Shown here: piece by piece, positions 16,088-21,218 of the stretch
Layout: each line of letters starts with the position of its first letter
Position numbering within the stretch: position 1 is the stretch's first letter
Assembly (NCBI GenBank): GCA_964658025.1
Contig: CAZZXB010000041.1
Coordinates: forward strand, 1-21,218
Source: an uncultured Janthinobacterium sp.
Lineage (GTDB): Bacteria; Vulcanimicrobiota; Vulcanimicrobiia; Vulcanimicrobiales; Vulcanimicrobiaceae
DNA: 21,218 bases
Direction: 5' to 3'
Notes under the pieces: generated by a model
Database searches by the model: none
Seen by the model: the letters and a program-made list of their open reading frames with translations, nothing else
Told to the model about the DNA's origin: nothing
Made by a program: the position numbers and the translations under genes

Positions 16088-17551
16088 ATGTCTCTACGCT
16101 TGAGCGTTCTATCGGGCGCGTTATTCGTCACGCTGCCGTCGCTCGCGGGCGTCGCCGCGGCCCAAACACCGGTCGTCCCGCAACCGACCACGAGCCCGAT
16201 CTCGAGCGGTCCGCCGACGCCGCTTCCGCGCCCCGGATTCTCCTATAGCGGGACGCTCCGCGCGTATTACTTCGTCCGGCAAAACGCCGATCAGGCCGAG
16301 CGAAACCCGAAAACGGGCGTCGTCACGAGCAATCCGAATCGGACGGCGTTTCTGCCCGGCGCGTCGCTCCACGCCGAATATCGTTTCGCCGAGACGCCGT
16401 TTCGGATCGCCACGACGTACGCCGGTGCGGATCCGTTCGGGATCAACGGGCCGGACCCGCAGAAGAATCCGAAAGTCGACAACACGCTTCCGGGGTTCGC
16501 GCTCAGCACCTTCGACGAAGCGTACGCGAACTATCACACGACGGATCTCGACGCGACCGTCGGCGATCGCGTCTTCAATTTTCTCTGGATGCCCGCTTCG
16601 GATACGCGTATCAAACCCGCGTCGTATCAGGGCATCGACGTCAACGGTAAGCTCTTGCCGCAACTCACCGTCGGCGTCTCGCGCATCGTCGCGTTCGAAA
16701 ATCGTAGCGATTCCGCGTTCCAACGCCGGACGCTCCTGACGAGCGCGCCCGCCGGAGGCACCGCGGGCCCCGCGTCGGTCGATACGAGCGGTGCCCTGCA
16801 CGGATATCTGGCGGTCGCGGCGGGTCCGCTCGCGGCGCGCGTCGAGCACTACACGTTCTACGATCTCGCGAACTTGGAGTACGCGGACGCGACGTACAAA
16901 CTCTTCCGGCAATCACGCTACGCGCCGTATATCGCCGCACAATACGTCGCCGAGCATCAGACCGGTCGCGCCTACCTCGGCACGATCGCCAATAACACGG
17001 TCGGCCTCCAGGGAGGCGTGAACGCGACCAAACAGGTCGCGTTGACCGTCGGCTTCGACACGGCGCCCGCGCATTACGCCGAACGGGCGGCGCCGAGCGC
17101 GGCGTCCGCCGGGAAGGGCATCTTCGTCCCGACGGGCGGCACGACCGCGAGCGCCGCGACCGCACCCGGCCTCTACCGCGTCGCGTACGGTGGTCTCGCG
17201 TCGCCGTACTCGGAGACGTATACGTCCGATCCGCTCTATACGACGAGCCTCACGCAGGGGATGGTCGAGCGACGGAGCCCCGGGACCGCAGTCAAGATCG
17301 CGGCGACCTATCTCAGCAACGACAAGCGCTTCAAAGCGATCGCGAGCGAGGCGTACTATCGATACGATAACGCGCTCGCGCAGAATCGGACGTTCGAAGA
17401 CGATCTCGACGTGCAGTACTTCTTCAACGCCGTTCGGGCGGCCACGACGTACAAGGGGTTCTCCGTGCGCGAGCGCTTCGGAAACCGCGTCCAACCGACG
17501 GCACCCTACGACTTCAAATACAGCCGAACGCAACTCGAATACGATTTCTGA
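16088..17551 (+). CDS. Outer-membrane beta-barrel porin, OprD/Occ-like
   Basis: GAGGAG SD, signal peptide ending AAA-Q, Pro-rich linker. YSGTLRAYYFVRQN, DEAYANY and VGDRVFNFLWMPASDTRIKPASYQG resemble OprD-family N-terminal strands. Amphipathic strands and C-terminal RTQLEYDF (BAM-type terminal Phe). Confidence 0.78.
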   Translation: MSLRLSVLSGALFVTLPSLAGVAAAQTPVVPQPTTSPISSGPPTPLPRPGFSYSGTLRAYYFVRQNADQAERNPKTGVVTSNPNRTAFLPGASLHAEYRFAETPFRIATTYAGADPFGINGPDPQKNPKVDNTLPGFALSTFDEAYANYHTTDLDATVGDRVFNFLWMPASDTRIKPASYQGIDVNGKLLPQLTVGVSRIVAFENRSDSAFQRRTLLTSAPAGGTAGPASVDTSGALHGYLAVAAGPLAARVEHYTFYDLANLEYADATYKLFRQSRYAPYIAAQYVAEHQTGRAYLGTIANNTVGLQGGVNATKQVALTVGFDTAPAHYAERAAPSAASAGKGIFVPTGGTTASAATAPGLYRVAYGGLASPYSETYTSDPLYTTSLTQGMVERRSPGTAVKIAATYLSNDKRFKAIASEAYYRYDNALAQNRTFEDDLDVQYFFNAVRAATTYKGFSVRERFGNRVQPTAPYDFKYSRTQLEYDF

Positions 17552-17638
17552 GGCCGCGGCACGCTCGATCTCGACGATCGTCGGACGGGCTCGCCCGCGC
17601 CGAGACCCCGGCCGCGACGGATCGCTCGCGGGTGACGG

Positions 17639-20140
17639 CTACGCTTCGACGAGCGTCTCGATGCGATGCGTGATCGTGTCGATGAGGTGATCGGCGGCTT
17701 CGTGCGTCGCGCCTTCCGCGTACACGTTGACCGTGGGATCGGAGGCATCGGGGAGCACGAGGAACCAGCCGTCGTCCTTCGCCACCCGGACGCCGTCGAA
17801 TAACTCGACGTCGGAGCCCGCGTTCTCGTCGACGACCGTCCGCATCACCTCGCCCTTGCGTTCCCACGGACAACGGATCTTCCGATGACGGAAATACCAG
17901 TGCGGGATCATGTCGTTGAGCTCGTGGAGCCGGCGGCCTTCCTTCGCGAGCATCTCGAGTACTTTCGTGATCGCGTACGGCGCGTCGAAGGCGGGTTGGA
18001 ATTCGGGGAAGATCGGTTCTTGCTTGAAGCCGCTCGCGTAGCCGACCGTATCGCGCTCCTTCGCCGCGAGCGCCATCATCGAGCGACGATCGCTCTTCGT
18101 GCGCGTCACGCGTCCGCCCGATGCGACGACGAGCCGCTCGATCGCGCTCGGCGTCGTGATCGGCATCGCGACCGTCGCGCCCGGACGCGCGCGGCAGACC
18201 ATAAGCGCCATGAGCGCGAGCAGACGGTTCCCCGCGATCACGCGTCCGAGATCGTCGACGAGCGCGAACGATTCGCCGTCGTGATCGACGAGCACGCCGA
18301 GATCGGCGCCGAGCGTGAGCGTCACCGTGCGGAGTTGCTCGATGTACCGTTCGCGATCGACGCGGAACGTGCGCGCCTTCGCTTCGTCGAAGTACGCGTC
18401 GAGCGCCACGATGTCGACGCCGAGGTTGGCGAGCACCTGCGGCAACACGAGCGCGACGTTGCCGTAGCCGTAGTCGACGACGATCTTGAAATTCGCCTTG
18501 CGCAGCGCGTCGGGTTTGATCGCGGCGATCATCGCGGCGGTATAGAGTTCGAGCGTGCGGGCGGGGAACGTCAGCGTCCCGACTTCGTCCATCGCCGTAC
18601 GCCGGAAGTCTTCGCGGAAGAAGAGGTTCTCGATCTTCCGTTCGGCGGGTTTATCGATGTTGATCCCGCTCGCGTCCATGAGTTCGATGAGCACCGAGTT
18701 CGGATCGCTCGGGTCGACGCGCGTGTGCACGCCGCCCTCGCCGCCGATCCGCGTCGCGTAACGCGAGAGCGGGAGCGGTAACGCGCGCAGATCTTCGACG
18801 TTGACGCCGACGGAGAGTAATCCCGAGATGACGCAGCGGTTGATGATGCGCGCCGCCGGGTGCGCGTCGCGGCTCGTGAGCACCTTCTCGCCCGGCTTCA
18901 TCGACGACCCGAACGCCTGACCGAGTTTGAGCGCGAATTCGGGCGTGAGTTCGACGTTCGCGAGTCCGCTCACGCCGACCGCGCCGAAGAGCGAACCCGG
19001 CCACTTGATGCCGTAGATGAGCGACATCGAGACGATCGATCCCGACGCGACGGATTTATCGGGCCACAACTTGAGGTTGGGACGGACGAGCGCGCCGCTT
19101 CCGATGACGCAACCGGAACCGATCACGGCGCCGTCGCCGACGGTCACGTGATCTTTGATGATGTTGCGATCGGAGATCGTCGCGCCCGTGACGACGGACG
19201 ACTCGCCGAAATACGCGTCGGCCCAGGCGACCGTCCGTTGCACGCGCGCGTTGCGCGCCACGATCGTCGAATTCCCGACGACGGTATCGGCGCCCACGAC
19301 GGCGCCCGCTTCGACGATGACGTTGCGCCCGAGGACGCACGGCGCGACGAGTCGCGCTTCGGGATCGATCCGACAGCCGTCGCCCATCCACACGCCGGGC
19401 GACGTCTCGGTCCCCGGGATCTCGATCTTCACCGCGCCCACGAGTGCGTCGTAGTTCGCCTGCAGATACTGTTGGAGGTTGCCGATATCGGTCCAATAAT
19501 CGGTTCCGATAAAGCCCGAAACGAGCTTGTTCTCGTGCAGCATCCGCGGAAAGATGTCGCGCGAGAAGTCGTACGACTTGCCGGCTTCCATGTAGTCGAG
19601 CACGGTCGAATCGAGCACGTAGATGCCCGTGTTGATCGTATCGGAGAAGATCTCGCCCCACGACGGTTTTTCGAGAAAGCGCGTGATGTGGCGGTTCTCG
19701 TCCGTGATCACGACGCCGAACTCGAGCGGGTTCGTGACGCGCTGGAGGACGATCGTCGCGAGCGCGCCGCTGCGTTCGTGATCGGCGACGAGCGCGGTGA
19801 GATCGAGATCGGTCAGCGCGTCGCCCGAGATGACGAGGAACGGTTCGTCGCCGATGCGCTCGGCCGCGAGCTTCACCGCGCCCGCGGTGCCGAGCGGCGT
19901 GTCTTCCACGACGTACGACATCGAGACGCCGAAGGCGGACCCGTCGCCGAAATGACTCTCGATCTCGTCCGCGAGATAGTGGAGCGTCGCGATGATCTCG
20001 GTGATCCCGTGTCGCCGCAAGAGATCGACGATGTGCTCCATCACGGGTTTGTTCGCGACGGGCGCCAAGGGTTTGGGCCGACGCGACGTGAGCGGTCGAA
20101 GGCGCGATCCCTCACCCCCAGCCATGACGATCGCTTTCAT
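17639..20140 (-). CDS. Mannose-1-phosphate guanylyltransferase-like NDP-sugar pyrophosphorylase fused to a left-handed beta-helix and a phosphomannomutase-like domain
   Basis: True start ATG 20140 ([22 protein letters not shown]), overlapping the malQ stop. [34 protein letters not shown], hexapeptide repeats, then a PMM-like region from [18 protein letters not shown]; 833 aa. Confidence 0.9.
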   Translation of the reverse strand: MKAIVMAGGEGSRLRPLTSRRPKPLAPVANKPVMEHIVDLLRRHGITEIIATLHYLADEIESHFGDGSAFGVSMSYVVEDTPLGTAGAVKLAAERIGDEPFLVISGDALTDLDLTALVADHERSGALATIVLQRVTNPLEFGVVITDENRHITRFLEKPSWGEIFSDTINTGIYVLDSTVLDYMEAGKSYDFSRDIFPRMLHENKLVSGFIGTDYWTDIGNLQQYLQANYDALVGAVKIEIPGTETSPGVWMGDGCRIDPEARLVAPCVLGRNVIVEAGAVVGADTVVGNSTIVARNARVQRTVAWADAYFGESSVVTGATISDRNIIKDHVTVGDGAVIGSGCVIGSGALVRPNLKLWPDKSVASGSIVSMSLIYGIKWPGSLFGAVGVSGLANVELTPEFALKLGQAFGSSMKPGEKVLTSRDAHPAARIINRCVISGLLSVGVNVEDLRALPLPLSRYATRIGGEGGVHTRVDPSDPNSVLIELMDASGINIDKPAERKIENLFFREDFRRTAMDEVGTLTFPARTLELYTAAMIAAIKPDALRKANFKIVVDYGYGNVALVLPQVLANLGVDIVALDAYFDEAKARTFRVDRERYIEQLRTVTLTLGADLGVLVDHDGESFALVDDLGRVIAGNRLLALMALMVCRARPGATVAMPITTPSAIERLVVASGGRVTRTKSDRRSMMALAAKERDTVGYASGFKQEPIFPEFQPAFDAPYAITKVLEMLAKEGRRLHELNDMIPHWYFRHRKIRCPWERKGEVMRTVVDENAGSDVELFDGVRVAKDDGWFLVLPDASDPTVNVYAEGATHEAADHLIDTITHRIETLVEA

Positions 20141-21108
20141 GAACTCTTGATTCCCTTCACGCGGGCGCGGACGTCGCTCGTGAGCTTCGCGATCCACGGA
20201 TCGCCTGCGATGGCATCGATATCGAGATGAGATTTTCGGCGCCAATTCGGGTATTCGTCGCTCGTTCCCGGTAGGTTGATCTGATCGATCTCCCGCACGA
20301 CGTCGTCGAGTTGCACGAGCAGCAGCGTCGCGTCCGTGTCGGCCAAAAAAACGTATGCGGCGAATACGAGCGCATCGTACGCGTCCGCACCGCTTCGGCC
20401 GTCGCCGAGCGCGCGGATGAGGCCGTCGAACCCCGCGCGATCGAGCGCGCCGTGCGCGAGCAGGGCGTCGAGTAACCGCGACACGTCGAGCCGGCGCTCG
20501 TCGCGCGCCATCGCCGCGAGTCCGGCATCGAGCGCGCCGATCCGCTCCCGCGCGTCGATATCGCGTCCGAGCGCCCAACCGACGAGCGTCGGCAGGTCGT
20601 GCGTCGTCGCGGTGACGAGCGAGAGACGCGGATACGCGTCCGGTGCGACGAAATTTCCGCCGTCGTCCCGTTCGAAGAGCAAGAGCCGATAGGAGAGGAT
20701 CCGTTCGCGCTCCATGCGGTCGCGGAAGCCTTCGGGGACGTTGCCGAGATCTTCGCCGACGACCGCGCACGAGAACCGGTGACTCGCCGCGCGCGCGATC
20801 GCGAGCAGGTCGTCGAAGGGATACGCGACGTACGCGCCGTCCGCGGGCGTCTTGCCGACGGGGATCCGAAAGAGGCGGAGCATCGCCATGACGTGATCGA
20901 GCCGGAGCGCCTTCGCGTGCGCCATGTTCGTCGCCAGGAGTTCCGCGAACGCGCCGCCGTCCGTATCGAGCATCGCCTGCGGATCGGGCGGCGGCAGTCC
21001 CCAATTCTGTCCGAGCGGACCGAGCGGATCGGGCGGCGCGCCGATCGTCTCCTCCAAAACGTACGAGCGACGATCGCCCCAGACGTCGGCGCCGCCGAGG
21101 TCGGCGCC
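20137..21108 (-). CDS. malQ: 4-alpha-glucanotransferase (GH77 amylomaltase), 3' part only
   Basis: [23 protein letters not shown], catalytic motifs LRLDHVM, GEDLG and TTHDLPT, plus QINLPGT..YPNWRRK. The frame stays MalQ-like up to about 21108 ([10 protein letters not shown]); the N-terminus is missing. Confidence 0.88.
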   Translation of the reverse strand, partial: GADLGGADVWGDRRSYVLEETIGAPPDPLGPLGQNWGLPPPDPQAMLDTDGGAFAELLATNMAHAKALRLDHVMAMLRLFRIPVGKTPADGAYVAYPFDDLLAIARAASHRFSCAVVGEDLGNVPEGFRDRMERERILSYRLLLFERDDGGNFVAPDAYPRLSLVTATTHDLPTLVGWALGRDIDARERIGALDAGLAAMARDERRLDVSRLLDALLAHGALDRAGFDGLIRALGDGRSGADAYDALVFAAYVFLADTDATLLLVQLDDVVREIDQINLPGTSDEYPNWRRKSHLDIDAIAGDPWIAKLTSDVRARVKGIKSS

Positions 21109-21218
21109 ACCGCCTCGACCGCGGTGAAACCGGCTGCGCGCAACGCTGCGGCGCTGGTCGGGTCGACGGCGACCGCGGCGCTCGTCGGCAGGCTGGACGC
21201 GATCCAGGCCTCGGCCTG

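Noticed and set aside
15154..16191. Track ORFs crossing the intergenic region (15154..15744, 15440..15637, 15609..15995, 15678..15860, 15731..15970, 15880..16191)
   Set aside because: No recognisable protein features, and they run through promoters and terminators. Only the 15893..15970 tail is retained, as a leader peptide.
137..20230. Many long overlapping or antisense ORFs (e.g. 381..1307, 5196..6890, 9474..10775, 13220..14488, 18860..20230)
   Set aside because: Typical stop-poor alternative frames of high-GC genes, with no motifs; each overlaps a well-supported CDS.
20141..21004. N-terminal extension making a 1121-aa nucleotidyltransferase ORF
   Set aside because: Arg-rich shadow frame overlapping malQ. 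The family N-terminus MKAIVMAGG starts at 20140 with an ATGA overlap.
1..21218. Mobile elements, tRNA/rRNA genes, CRISPR arrays, defence systems
   Set aside because: No transposase, integrase or cas-like ORF, no terminal repeats or repeat-spacer array, and no intergenic sequence resembling a structural RNA gene.

Overview
High-GC chromosomal segment from a diderm bacterium (it encodes a TonB-dependent receptor and a beta-barrel porin). The CG/CGATCG-rich style is tentatively reminiscent of Candidatus Eremiobacterota, which is an unverified inference. Left to right: MDR-family oxidoreductase; MBL-fold hydrolase (-); small secreted protein; VTT/TVP38 membrane protein; RNase D; aconitase A; a translationally coupled GT4 glycosyltransferase / 69-aa His-rich peptide / ribbon-helix-helix-like protein unit; TonB-dependent receptor; sulfate ABC operon cysA-sbp-cysT-cysW (-); a divergent OprD-like porin; an NDP-sugar pyrophosphorylase fused to a degenerate phosphomutase (-); and the 3' part of malQ (-), whose homology breaks about 110 nt before the window end. 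The main finding is in the 670-bp cysA/porin intergenic region. Two back-to-back sigma70-like promoters each lead directly into an apparently leaderless Cys-Cys leader peptide (MFARVCCRPFCCRGVRRSV and MFSSENDVSCCRGPLTRRSDDRQHV). Each peptide is followed by alternative pairings and an intrinsic terminator. This looks like a paired cysteine-sensing transcription attenuation system controlling both inner- and outer-membrane sulfur uptake. A second candidate system is a His-rich peptide / RHH regulator / TonB receptor metal-uptake module. All assignments were made by eye; no searches or folding programs were run.
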